A stretch of 64,000 nucleotides of DNA from Podarcis tiliguerta (Eukaryota). A program made the translations under genes and the position numbers. Each line of letters begins with the position of its first letter. Position 1 is the first letter of the stretch. The notes beneath the pieces are model-generated. The model was not told where the DNA came from. It saw nothing but the letters and a program-made list of their open reading frames with translations, and ran no database searches. This document shows, piece after piece, positions 22,053 to 34,900 of the stretch. The DNA is taken from the NCBI GenBank assembly GCA_965153285.1, contig OZ229111.1. One strand, written 5' to 3'.

Positions 22053-23009
22053 AGTATTAACAACACCAGACTAATCTGTCTTGAAGTTTTTTGGCTTCTT
22101 TGGGGATTATGTAAAGCAGAACTGAAGGAACAGGTGAACAGGAACTTTAACGGGATGTTATTTAAAAAGAATGGTGGTAAGTAGTGATACACTCAAGTAC
22201 ATTAATATCAGATGTCCTCCTGTTCCATTTAAGGTTTCTTAAATGGATAGATAAATAAAGAAAAATACTTGTATTTTCAAGAATTCAAGACATTCTATGG
22301 CCTTCTAAACTGGCGTGTGTTGTTTTGTTTGTTACTATGTTTTAGGTTTTTATACTGTAAACTGCCCTGTGATCCTTGGATGACGGGTGGTATAGACATT
22401 TTTAATAATAATAAGGGGAAATTGACAAGGGATGGGACAAAGCCAATGAAAATAACAAGAATTTTAAGGTGGCTATTGATAGTCCACCTCTAAGTTCCCA
22501 ACAAAAACCAGCAGCAGATAGGGTAATGGGTCTCTGAATTCCCCCTCTACTCAAGAGAAAGACCAACTGTAGAGTCTACTTCCATGATAATGTATCAGGA
22601 AGCATCAGAGAAAACAGTGCCTGTATATAAAAGAGCAAAACGATATAGCAGAGTGTCAAGCAGGAATTTGTCCTGAGGCAACACAGCATGAGAGGTTCAT
22701 ATGCACTATGATCAGTTTGGGATTTAGTTTCTGGTGACATCTGTAGCTATAAGCTGGATGGGAGGAGTTCTGAAGAGCAAAAGCAACAGGTGAGCATTAC
22801 ATTCCACAAATTCTCTTTGTGAATTACCTCTTTTCCTTTAATTGCTAGTCCTGTTATCTCTTCTTCAAAAAATATCCAGTACTCTCCAATAAAGTTTGTA
22901 TCTCAGTAGTTGACAGGACCCAGTTGTTCCCAATCTCTATAAAGAATTACACTTTGCAAGTCAACCTCTCAAAAGTCAGGAGCGAGCAGCCTTAGACAAT
23001 CAGGTGTGT

Positions 23010-23015
23010 TTTATT
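23010..23015 (-). terminator. APEH: Candidate poly(A) signal of APEH
   Basis: AATAAA on minus strand ~335 nt after the stop codon. Confidence 0.55.
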
Positions 23016-23349
23016 TACTTTTGCAGCAGGAGTCTTTGTAGTTCACCTGTTGTCCCCAAAGACTAAGGCTAAAGACAGAGATTCAAAAATCAGTACCCAG
23101 CACCTGACACCTCCAAATAAGCCACCTGCTATGGTGGAACTACTTATCAGAGGGCAAGATCTGACAAAGTGTGTGATGAAGGTGACCTCTGCCATGCACT
23201 TATTCAAGTTCTGGACGACATGAATACCAGAGTAACCAGTCCCTATGGTGGCTGTTTGGAATTGAAGTGCCTTGGATTATGTCGGCTGGCCACACTGCTT
23301 ATTAGTATGGAAGCGGGTTACAAAAGGAGTAGACCAGCTTCTGTAGTCA

Positions 23350-23452
23350 TCATTTCAGGTGCTGGATCAGCCAGAGTGCAATATTCATGAAACCGTCTGC
23401 CTCGGCCTCCACACCAGAGAGTGAATGGTTATTGCCCGGATAAAGCAGCATT
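23350..23452 (-). CDS. APEH: APEH exon 22 ([33 protein letters not shown]; catalytic His)
   Basis: AG acceptor; TGA stop at 23350-23352. Confidence 0.95.
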
Positions 23453-26400
23453 CTAGAAAGAGAGAGACACATATATTAGGTGTAATGCATTTATTTTTCA
23501 CACCACTCTCTCTTGCCAGACCTTCTGCCCACACACAATTCTCTCCTCCTGACCCAGTCGCATATATTTCTAGCCTCTTACCACCACCCCTTTGTCCCTA
23601 TAGAGGCTCCTTTCAGCCAGCTCCTTTGCATTATTTGGCAAGTTTGCCTATTATGCTTACCGGGTTGGGACACCCTTGGCCTTGAGAGCACGGTAATACT
23701 CCAAGCCTTGCTTGGGGGGTACACGTCTATCTTCCTCTCCGATCATTAAAAGAACAGGTGTCTGAACCTAAGGAGGAAAAAGGGCAAAGATATCAGGGCA
23801 GGTGGAGAAACCAAAGCTCTGAACCAATGGATGTGGAGAGGGAAGGTCTGTGTGTATTGTACCTTGTCAACGTATTGCATAGGTGAACAAAGCAGCATCT
23901 CTGCCCCTTGCCTGGGATCTGGGAGGGCAGTCTGGTCATACGGCAAGCCAGCCTCCGTCAGGCACCTAGGAGTAGCAGCACAGCAGGTATCAAAACAGAG
24001 GGAACGGGAAACAGAGAGCCGGAATAAACGGAAAGTTCTTCCAGCTGACAGGTGCAGAAAGCGGGGTAAACCCTGTACATTGGGACCAGTGCATTTTATG
24101 AAAGTGCAGATTATAAATGGGTAAATAAATAAATTAAAACTATGGAATATAGTGGTGGTCACCAACTTGGATGGTTTTAAAGGACAATTCAATTAATTCA
24201 TGGTATGCGTGTGTTAAGACTATCAATAGCTACTAGCCACGATGGGTGTGTTCACCGTGAGGTGGTACGTCTCTGAATACCAATTGTTGGGAACCACCTT
24301 GGGAGAGTGCTCTTGCCCTTGGGTCATGTTTGCAGGCTTCCCATCAGCAGCTGGTTGGTCACTGGGAGAATAGGATGCAGGAGTGTATGGGCCTTCTTGT
24401 GTCCTCATTACAGCAGCCACAGGCATGAAGGAGAAACTGCAGCTGCTCAGGCTGCCTTTGGTACGCACCAGTCAGGGATGTCGGTGCTTCCGACCATGGA
24501 GGCCACGTTGACCACGGGATTCCTGGCCACGCAAGCCTTGTAGGTGCCAGGGTATTGGCCGATGAGATGGCAGGATAGGAAGCCTCCATGGGAACCACCA
24601 AACACAGCCACTCTCTGTGGATCCGTCAGTTCCTCCTGTAGCACCTGTTCCACACAGAACTGAAAAGAAGGCGGTGGGTGCAAGGGGGAAAAACAGCACT
24701 GCAGCATCTTCCCCCCAGTGAAAAAATCTACAGCTCCACCCCCCCCCCCGCTTGCCCTGGAAAGGGGGATTGCAACCCTCTTACCTGCACATCCTTGACA
24801 TCCTGACTGCCCACTTTCCCTGGAAGGGAGTCCACACTGTCCTGGCCAAAGCCTAGTGATCCTCGGTAATTCACTTAGGGAAGGGAGAAAAACAGGCTCA
24901 TTGAGATCTCCAGTTCTTTGCTAGACCTGAGCCTCCTGCTCTTCAAGGAGATGTCACTCTGCTCAACCAGGCTGCAGAATCACTGGGCAGGAGGATGCTT
25001 CCTCTAATGGAAGGATGATACCATGGCAGGAATCTCCAGTTCTCGCTACCTGCTACTGCCACCCACAGCAGCTCCTACACCTGAAAGAACAACCACTGCT
25101 TTCCAGAAGGGTGAGAAGCCTTTCTTGTGCCATTCCTCCTCCAGTGTCACACCTCCTAGCACACCTGTTGAGCAACTGAGGCAGACTGGACTAGACAGGA
25201 AAAGGCCAAGAGATTTGGACCATGCTGCAGTCATTTACCACTGTCATGGGGGAGGATCCACTGACAGTCCAGTCTCCTAATTGTGATGCCCTATTCTAAG
25301 ATAAACTGAGACCCCGGCAGCCCAATGGGTGACTGAGAATGCTCTGGGCCACCACTTACCCAGCAGCACAGCAAACCCCATCCGACAGAGCAATGCTGGG
25401 TATAGCATCCAGCTGGTGGTGAACACCGAGTGTGGGCCTCCTGCAAAGGAGAAGACGGGAGTGCCAGTGAGATGAAGGGCGAAGGAATCACCCTGTGCCT
25501 TGAATGAGGGGAAGGGAGTAATGAAGACAAAGCACTTACCATGAGGTGACACCACTAATGGAAACTTGGCCTTCTTTGGCTCCTGAGTGGGCCGGAGTAG
25601 GATGGCTTCAAAACTGAGGCCAGCTGTGAGGAAAGAACAGTTTGCAGATCTGGCGAAAGTCAGGCATAAAGGCCTAGATTCAACTAACCCAGTACACTCA
25701 CAGAAGTCAACGCAAGGGCTCCCACTAGAGCAACAGGCCTTTCCCCCTGTGCTTCCCTCAATCTGCTGTGGAGGGTCAGGAGAACTTCCCAGGACAATAC
25801 ACAGGGGAAGGAGAGGAGGATAATTCCATCTCCCTGCAATGGCAGATCTAGCGTAAGTGAGTGGTGTCAATTTCCTCCCACAATCTGCATATCACAGCCT
25901 CAATGCCCCAATTTCTTCCCCGGCTCAAAGCTGGGAATTAAATTCCTTGATCTCTGGCAATGTCTGTCCAATTCTTTTTCTCTGGGCCCTCACCATACTG
26001 GGGGTTGTCCTGTTCTGGAGGAGGCTGCAGGGTACGGACATCCCAAGAGATTTCTTGAATTGGGCTGGCTTCTTCCAGGCACACCCAGTTAACTTCAGCT
26101 TCCTTGCCAGCAGGAGGCAGGAAGGCCACCATCTGCAGCAAGAGGACATAGAAAAATCCAGCACCACTGGACTGCACCAGGTCACCCAGAACATAAGGAG
26201 CAGAGCATGTCCCCTAAATAGCAGCACATGTCAGATATTTGAAAAGAAAAAAAAGAGGCAAGCCCAATGGAAATACCGGGGGGTGGGGTGGGGGGTTGAT
26301 GTTGTGTTCTGTCCCTGGGCTCTTAATCATCACACACTGCACTGCCGACAATCCTTGACCCTACAGCCTCTGTGCTGTTTCAGCTTTGGCTGTAAAAATC

Positions 26401-28936
26401 TGTACTATGGGCAACAAAACATGTTGCCTCATATTTTGCCCTCATCAGAATTCCCTCCCTCCCCCCTAAAAAAGAATCAGTTAAGCACATAACTAGCAGG
26501 ATGTTGCATCCCGGCCACAAAGTTTGTGCAATCACAGCCAAACAAATTTTTGACACAAGACGAAAAAATAATTTCCCAAGTTGAGGATAAAGGGGCCTCG
26601 ACTGATTAATTTGATACAGGCCAGTTCCTAAGTCAAAGTCTACAGGCTTGGTCTATTTCATATTTGGGTAATCCTAAGCAAAACATAAAGTGACAGAGAG
26701 CATAGGAAGTGTTATTTTAGAATTACTGCAACAAGCAATTCTGAGGAGTGTCAAGCCCAGGTCCCTCTGCCCAACCTTTGGCCACTGGACACTTACAAGC
26801 ATGGGAGGGCAGTTTGGAGTGGAGAATCTGGCCACCAGCAGATCTCTGTCGACAGTGAGCAGGGCCCAGCTTCCAAGACGGGAACCTAGGTTAGTAAAGG
26901 AACAAAGTTTTTCTCTTCCCCCGTATCCTGTGCTCAGGTGGAGTGTGCAACCCTCACCGCTTTGTTTCTGACCTGGTATGTTTGCATTTGAGCACTGAAG
27001 GCCTGAGCAAGCTGGCCTGATACGAGCAAAGCTTTGGGGCAGAGAAAAACTGACTTTGACATGCGGAAAAAATTATAAAAAATGGACGGAATATGCAACA
27101 AAATGGGTTGCATCCAGAGAAGTCCTCCTGCTTGTGCAGTTCGCCTCACTCTCCTCCCCCCCCCCCCCCATCGGCTCCAGGGCTTGGGGAAACTCCCAGA
27201 ATAGATTAGGGAGGGGGTTGTCGTGGGGTAAGGAGATAGGGAGGGGGTTGTTGTGGGGTAAGGAGATAGGGAAAGGTCTGTTGTGCAAACGTAAGTCATT
27301 CTGCGAGTGTTATGGCTTTGTTGGATGCATCCCAGTTTCCAACTGCTGACGGCTGGAACCTGAACTAAAATTAAGAACGCAGCGTTGGCAGAATTTGGAG
27401 GGGGTTGGAGGAGGGGGCAGTGCATGTGAAGCAAAGGTCAGTAGAACAATGGGGGTGTTCACATTGGATGATCAGTGGGCATTAAGAAACTAGGATAAAG
27501 ATATTGGCTTGGGATGCATCTTTCGCCCAAATGCTTACAAAGGCAGTATAGCGCGATACTAAAAAGGGTGGAGAAAAAGCAAAAGATAAGCAAGTGTGGA
27601 CACCAGATACAATTATCTCCAACTGTGCTGGCTGATGACAAAGGTCTGAAGGACTCCCTGAACAACAGACTGCAAGATGGCTTGTCTGTTCTCTTGGAAC
27701 AGCTTTGCCCCAAACAGATTAAACAAATTAGGACTCCCTTCTGCCAGAAGATCAGAGGATTGCAGTGGCAGGACACACCATAGACTGCTGTTACTGGAAG
27801 GAACTAATTATGGAGGGCCAAGTTATGGAGTTTGCTACTTACCCTTGGTCAGAGAGCACACACTGCCTGACACTGTATCAACTACAATCAGCTCCTAGAG
27901 GAAAAGACAGCATGAGAGAGATCTACTCTCAGTTGCATCCAGAAAGTACCTTCTCACACAACAAGCTGCCCTGCAATTCATCAATGGGGAGACACACACA
28001 CACACACGAGCAAGGTTCTGCAAGATTTGCACAACAATTCCTTCTCCACCACACTATTTGGAAAGAGTCAAATGTTCAGATGGTGCTATAATCCTCTGCT
28101 TTGTTATGTGGATCAATGTGAGATCCCCATGATGTTTAAAGATATTAGATGTGCTGATTCAATTTGCCCGTTGCCAAATAAAGCCTTCGATTGGAGGTGC
28201 CCTTTGTGCTTAGTTTGCCCAAACTACCCCTGGCTTCAGTCTGAAGCTCAAGGTACTCTATGCTTCGTTCTTACCTGCCTGCTACGTTGAATTGTGTCCA
28301 GCACCACCCTCTGGCTGTCTGCTGCCCAGCAGTGCTCTGACAGTGCTGTGCTATAGATCCCAGTGAATTCACCTGTAAGAGACAAAGTGCCTTCACTGAA
28401 ACAACAGCTGCCCTTCCGGTGGAAAACACAGGGATGCCCCTGGGCCAGGAAGCCACATGATAAGCCCCTTTCATGGATGCCAGCCAGAAATAGCCCATGA
28501 AATTCTGACACCATGGCAAAAAAACAACAACCCCCCCCCCAACTGGCATTCCCCAGAGTGGTAAAAATGATAAAAAATAAATTAAATTCTTGTCAATTTC
28601 CTGCCCTTTCAGGGTAACAAAAATGATAATAATCTGCCACCTATAACAGGTGACTTCACCCTGCCTAATGAGAAGGTTAGCCTTGATGCTGTCTCTCTTC
28701 ATATATATTCCAAGGCCCCCCAATCCCTCTTTGCAGCCAGTCCCCGTGATATTCCACAGCCAGGATCTGCCGACTGAGCCTGCTTTTCTAATGGCAAAGT
28801 GGATGTGGATTCTGAATTCCTGAAAAAAACTGGCAAAAGATTCTGCAGAAAAATACTTGCTGAAGACACAGAACCTAATTGCCATTGCTGATTCCAAACT
28901 TGAGGCAGGCAAAGAAGCTGCTGCTGCTGCTGCTGC

Positions 28937-28980
<44 letters not shown>

Positions 28981-31900
28981 TTTATGCTCCACTGGCTGGG
29001 TTGCTCCAGCCACCCTGGGCGGCTTCCAACACATATAGAAAGATTCCAAGGGGTGCTTCCAGAGACACCCTAACAGAGAAGGTGTCATGAGCAGCCTGTG
29101 GTTGGTTTTCATGTTTTCCCAATGCTCAGGTCTTTTCCCTACTGCCCCAGAATCTCCTCCTTTCGTTCCTCCTTAACACCACCTTGTTTCTTTCAAACCA
29201 TCCACAGCCCTATAGGCGGATTTCACATTCCACACTCCTGTAGCTAACGCAGTGATAAATGTTGGCCATTCTGAACAAGATACATGACTGTGCGTGATAT
29301 GCAGCGGTCCTAACATTTGGCTTCGCTTGTTGTTGCACATGGAATACTTGGCATACCCACAGGGTTCCATCGGATCCCATCAAACACCCCTGGGAGCTCC
29401 AGCACGGTTGTAATACACACCTTGGCTCTGCCGAGGCACAATCTCCACCACGACGGAAGTGAGCTTTGTGTACCAGTCGTACTGGGGGCAAAAGAGATCA
29501 AAAGGCATCAGAAAAGGATGTGGCAGTGCACAGCTTCTTGCCCCACAAATATTTTATAGCATCAAGACATGCTTCATGGAGGTGCTGAAGTGGCCTGATG
29601 TGGTAGTTCTGGGTGGACAATGACAGGCCTTGGTTCTCCTTACGCTCTCACTGAGGAGCTCTGCCTCAATTCCTCTGACCAAGCTCTCCAAGAAGCAACC
29701 CTCATAACCCCTGCTAGCAAATATGGATTCCCCACTATGGTTGCCAACAAGGCAGAATTAACTCAGGCTCATCCAGAGCTATGCCTGATCTCTCACACAT
29801 CAGTTTGGCAAAGGCCAAAGAGCTCAAGGACTCGTTCACAAAGCTGCCAACAGGACTTTCTACATGGGGACTGGGCCCACTTCCCTATCTGCAGAAGAGG
29901 CCTCCGATTTGCAAAAAAAAAAAAAAAAATGGGCCATATGCAAATACATACAAATTGACATTCTCTTCCACGGGCAGGGAGGAGGACCCAGCAATAAATC
30001 AGGGGCCACACGCAAGTAATAAGATGTCTGGCAGGCAGAAGGCCAAAAGCTGGAACTTTCCCCATAATTGTGTTTCTGTCCTAGAAAATATGTGACCTGT
30101 TGAATTTCTACCTGACACTGCTCTCCCCCAGTGCCAACTCCAAACCAGGCAAAAACCTCAATTTTCATGAGCTGTAACACATTGTGAAGCTGTAATTTGC
30201 TTTTCCCTGGTGTGTATGTGACTAATATTTCTCTACGGTGCTCATCAGTCATTCACAACTGTGACTGTACTCCTTCAGCTGCAGCACAGAAAGACAGGAG
30301 CTGGCTCATTTCTTACAAAGCAGTGGGTTAGACTGATGCCTCCGCATCTTGCTTCGTAACAACCTTCTTTCTGGAAAGGGCTAGATATTTACATTTTTCA
30401 AAATGAAAACTCAAGAGTCTGGGTCGCCTGCTACCTCTGGGCCCAGTTCAGAAGTGTTCCTTGTGCCTTCACCTCTGGAGTCTATATAGAGGGCAGGAGC
30501 TTATTCATCTCTCATGCAAAGACTTAAGGCTCAAAAGCAATACTCACCATGCAGAGACGGCTGCACTGTTGGTGAGGCCCAGAAGCCGGGTTCTCCAGGT
30601 ACACAATGCGACATTGGTCTGGACTCAGGCGTGGAGACCAAATGGCTTTGTTGTCGTCTGATAACAGCTCTGCAATTTGAAGGGATACAGTGAATTAAAA
30701 GAGGACTGAAGTCATTGCATGGCTGATGATGATGACAATGATAAAACAGGAAAACATGTCTCACCACAACGACCACCTGTCAGGTCCACATAGAAGATAG
30801 CTGATCTGGAAGGAAAACCACAAAACAGAAGTTGGGGTTACATGGGAGAGCACCATGTGAGACTGGCTAAGGGGGTGGGGACATCTATCTTCTCCCTGCA
30901 AGTTAGTGTCTCATTCATCACCCAGACAGGAACATAACAGGAATATTATTATTAATTACATTTTTATACCGACCTTCATCTGAGGATCACAGGGTGGTTT
31001 ACAATATAAAATCACAAAAATATATAACATAGTAACAAACAAAAACAATTCCCCCCCTGTTTAAAAGGACAGGGTGAAGAACCCTGATGAGGCAGCAGGG
31101 TGGTTCCCAAACAGAAAATGGGCAAGTTCTAGAATCGAAAAGGGCCCAAGTCCAATCTGGGTGCCTACTTCATCTGCATGAAGCCACACAAGCTCCTCCA
31201 TAGCCAAAAGACCACATCCTCCCTGGCTACAGGTGTGTTTTGCAGGCATACAAAGCACCTCCAGCCCCAAAGACTCCAGAATGTTCGTAGGCCCACTCTC
31301 CCCCCCCCCCCAAATTGGTCCCTCATCTATCTAATATAGTCAATACCACTTGGATTCTTACTTGTCCTGATAGGAAACTTACCTACGATTGGTGCAGTAC
31401 CTCAACCCTAGGCGGAAGGGCTCGTGCCACCAGCCTGCGAACACCACCCCAGTGTCGCCTGGAGCCCAGAAGGCCTGGGGGAGAAGGGAATGCCATGTCA
31501 GGTGTGGAGAGGCAGGCAGGTGACTCTAGCACATCTCCAGCATGCGGGATTAAAACAGGTTGGAAGACAAGAGCAGACCCAACTAATATATACCATGGAA
31601 ACCTGGAATTAAATGGATGGGGAACACTCCCTGGCTCTTGTCTTGGAAGATAATTTTGAAATTATCTTTCCAGGAAGACAGCATCTTGGCTGACAAGCAC
31701 AGAGTCCTTCCCACTATATCCTAGTCATTTTGGCACAGCTATTATAGTATTGGAGTTGGGAAATAACACTTTTGGGGGTGGGGGGAGCAGGCAACACCGA
31801 GGATGACTCCACATTGTTTCTGTTCCAGATACCAAACATGTGGAAATCTTCTGTAAGTTGCTTTTAGAGACCCTCCTTGGAGCTAGAAGGAAGATTGCAA

Positions 31901-34900
31901 GTATTTAAAATAAATAAAAATACCCTTATCTAACTGGGTGCCAACCTTCTCCCTCAGTTTATCCTATACTGACCTGCCCAGGGGAGATGTGCTCTGGAAC
32001 GCTCTCCAGGACCGAAACGTTGTTGCTCTCAATGTCCAATACACACAGCACAGGAGTGCTTTTAGCCACCAGGGTCTCCCCCCAGTCTTCGTAGAACACA
32101 AACTGCTCTCCCTAGGAAAAGCAATGAGAGATCCTGATGCAGAGGCAGCTCGAGTGACACCAAAGGGAGTCTCACCTGCCTGGGAGATTGCCAGGGCCCG
32201 CATCACTGGTTTTCAACTTGGCGTCAGTCAAGTGCTTCCCACTTCCTGAAGAGTGAGAAGCCCACACACACATTTGCTTACAAACTCCGCAGTTCCACTG
32301 CAGGGACATCACCTTTGGAGGCAACTGCTCCCTCAGAGCCAACTGTTCAGGATGCAAGCATTAGCTTTACTGCATTTCAGGTATAAGTGTAATTGGTAGT
32401 GCATCGCCTTATGAACAGAGCTGCTTTGAATATGGGAAAAAAATGGCATATGGTGATGATGAAGAGAAACTGAAATAATGGCTCGCAGGACACAAGGCAA
32501 AGCAGAAGTTCCTTCTACCTTAATGGCTTTATCTCGTCGCTCTGTCTTGGCCAGCTCCTCTTCACTGCTCAGCTCAGGGGCTTTTGGCTTAAAGAACGAC
32601 TCAGCCTTGGGGCGCTTCTTCTCCGCCACGTAGAGAAGGTGCGTCTCGGAGTGTGACCAGGCCAAGCAGCCAAATTGGTCTGGGGCAGGGAACAAGATGA
32701 CGATAGATTTCACTGACTGACCTTAATCAAAAATTCAATGACCAGAAGCATTCCTAGGTTTCCCAAGTCCCCTTTTCAAACAGGACAAAAATGACTTCCC
32801 TTATCAATGCATATCAGGGATATCGGAGAACACCCTACCACCACCAGCACTCCCGAGCTGCAAGGAAAGGATGAATGTTGAGGCCTAGCTATCCTCTTCT
32901 CTTGTCTCTTACAAATGGAAACAGAGCTGCAAGGAAATCTCACCGTCCTCGTACACTTGGCCATGCTTCTCCAGGGCTGTCAACTCGATGCTCTTCACCT
33001 TGCGGTTCTTTTCCCACACCTGTGGGAGCAGACACATGGCAGATCTAGTCTCTGAACCCCTTTGCTTATGTACCCAATGTCTTCTCAGAGACCGGACCTA
33101 TTCTGAGCCACATGAAAGAGGCACAAACTGACCCCTTTCCTTTCAAACAAAAAGAAGCAAAAGCCACTCAAGTCAGAGTGCCATACAACTGCCTCCCGGG
33201 TTGGAAGCATGACAGATAGTTTGAGAATCACTGAGCAAACAGGCCAAATATGAAGCCATGTTGCTCTGGGAATGAAGGGCCAGAGCATCTCTGAAACATA
33301 TTAGAGAGCCAGGGTATAAGTCTCTTCTCTCAGCTTTCTTCAAGCCAGCTATATATACCTCTAGGAACTGTTTCTCTTCGCCTTTGGTGTTGCTAGTCTT
33401 TCGTAGAACGGCTTTCTGGGCTCCACTGGGAGAGTCCCGACTGAGCAGCCTAAGAAGGAAAACAGCATGGTTAGCTTAGGAAAGATGGCTTTGGTCAGGC
33501 ACAGGCCAGGACGAAGAAGGTACCAGAAAGGAAGGCAGCTCAGACTGTGCCCATCCTTCTAGGACAAGCAGGGGACATGTGGCCCTCCAGGTGTTGTTGG
33601 GCTCCCCACTCCCCATCAGTTCAGATCACTGGCCATGGCGGCTAGGCCTGAGGGGAGCAGCCCAAGAGGCTCTGGAAGCACACCAAGCTAGGATATTGAA
33701 AGGGATGGATGGGTCGTGTGGATCATCTCCATTGTCATTTGGTAATAAAGTAAATGTATGGCAATACATATAATGTATTAGAAGAACTACCTCGCCTCAC
33801 ATGTCTCCCCAGGGCAGGATGACACAAGAGAGAGCCTTTTAAGTGTGGTGCCACAGCTGTGGAACACCCCTGCCAACCAAGGCCTGCTTATCTTTAGTAA
33901 GCAGCAAAATCTGGGATTTTCCAGAAGTTCCTGTTCAGTAAGTATATGCTGCTGGACAGGTTTGCAGTTTTGTCTTTCCCTGTGGCTTCTGACAGTGCTA
34001 GATATTGCCGATTAGGGCACTTAACCATTGTTTTAGTGTTCTGATTTTCCGTCAGCTGCCTTAGAGGCCCCTTCGGTCCAAAATTATGGACTCTCAAATA
34101 ATTTTGAAAATAAAGCAGTCTGATCTCATTAAAGGATTCGGATTGTTTTGGTGCAGAGCATGTATCCCTGGCACTGGAGGTTCAAGGCTGTGCTGATCCT
34201 TGGGAGACCCCCTTCAGCACAAGGCTTCGGGTAGTGATCTGCTGTTTCTGCAGAAAGCGTGGTGAAACACAACAAGCAAGAGACTTACTCTCCCTTGATT
34301 TCCGTGCAATTGCCAGAGGGGCTTGAATACACAATGGAGTGGCTGTCATGGAAGATGAGGTACTGATGGCAGAATTTTATATTTTCAGCTCTTTCCAAGT
34401 CTCGCTGAGACCACTCTGTAAAGGGAGGGAGAGAACTCAGTTTCTGTCTAGCCTACCACAGAAAGAACCAATCTTCCTCTACCACAAAAAAAATCCCAAC
34501 ATCACTGTCCCATCCTCCTCTTCCCCCAACTATTTCAGGCAAGACCAGGAGCAGACAAGAAGAGTCTCCCCACACAAGAGACTTGCCTGTCAACCTACCT
34601 TAATATATTTCCAGTCAAATAACTTTATTTCCCCATGTCTAAAGTTATGATTTCATCCTAGTTTGACTTCCGCAGATTTTATTCCATTGGCACCCCCCCC
34701 CCCCATTTTACATTGATTTGTTGCTGCAAAAAATATTTTATTTACTTTCCTACATTTATATCCCACTCTTCTTCTGTCATGGCTCGCAACGTGGTTGGCA
34801 GATGGTCTCCCATCCAGACACTGACCATACTCAGGCCTGCTTAGCTTCAGCAAAGCGGTGACCTCATGTGCATTCAGACCATACCCAGGGACCTGTTTTA

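Noticed and set aside
25857-28912. 211-aa (+) and 213-aa (-) ORFs inside APEH
   Set aside because: They overlap real exons in the wrong frame or strand plus intron sequence; no coherent protein.
34795-34850. Functional 5S rRNA gene
   Set aside because: Only the internal promoter segment matches; the 5' and 3' parts of 5S are absent.
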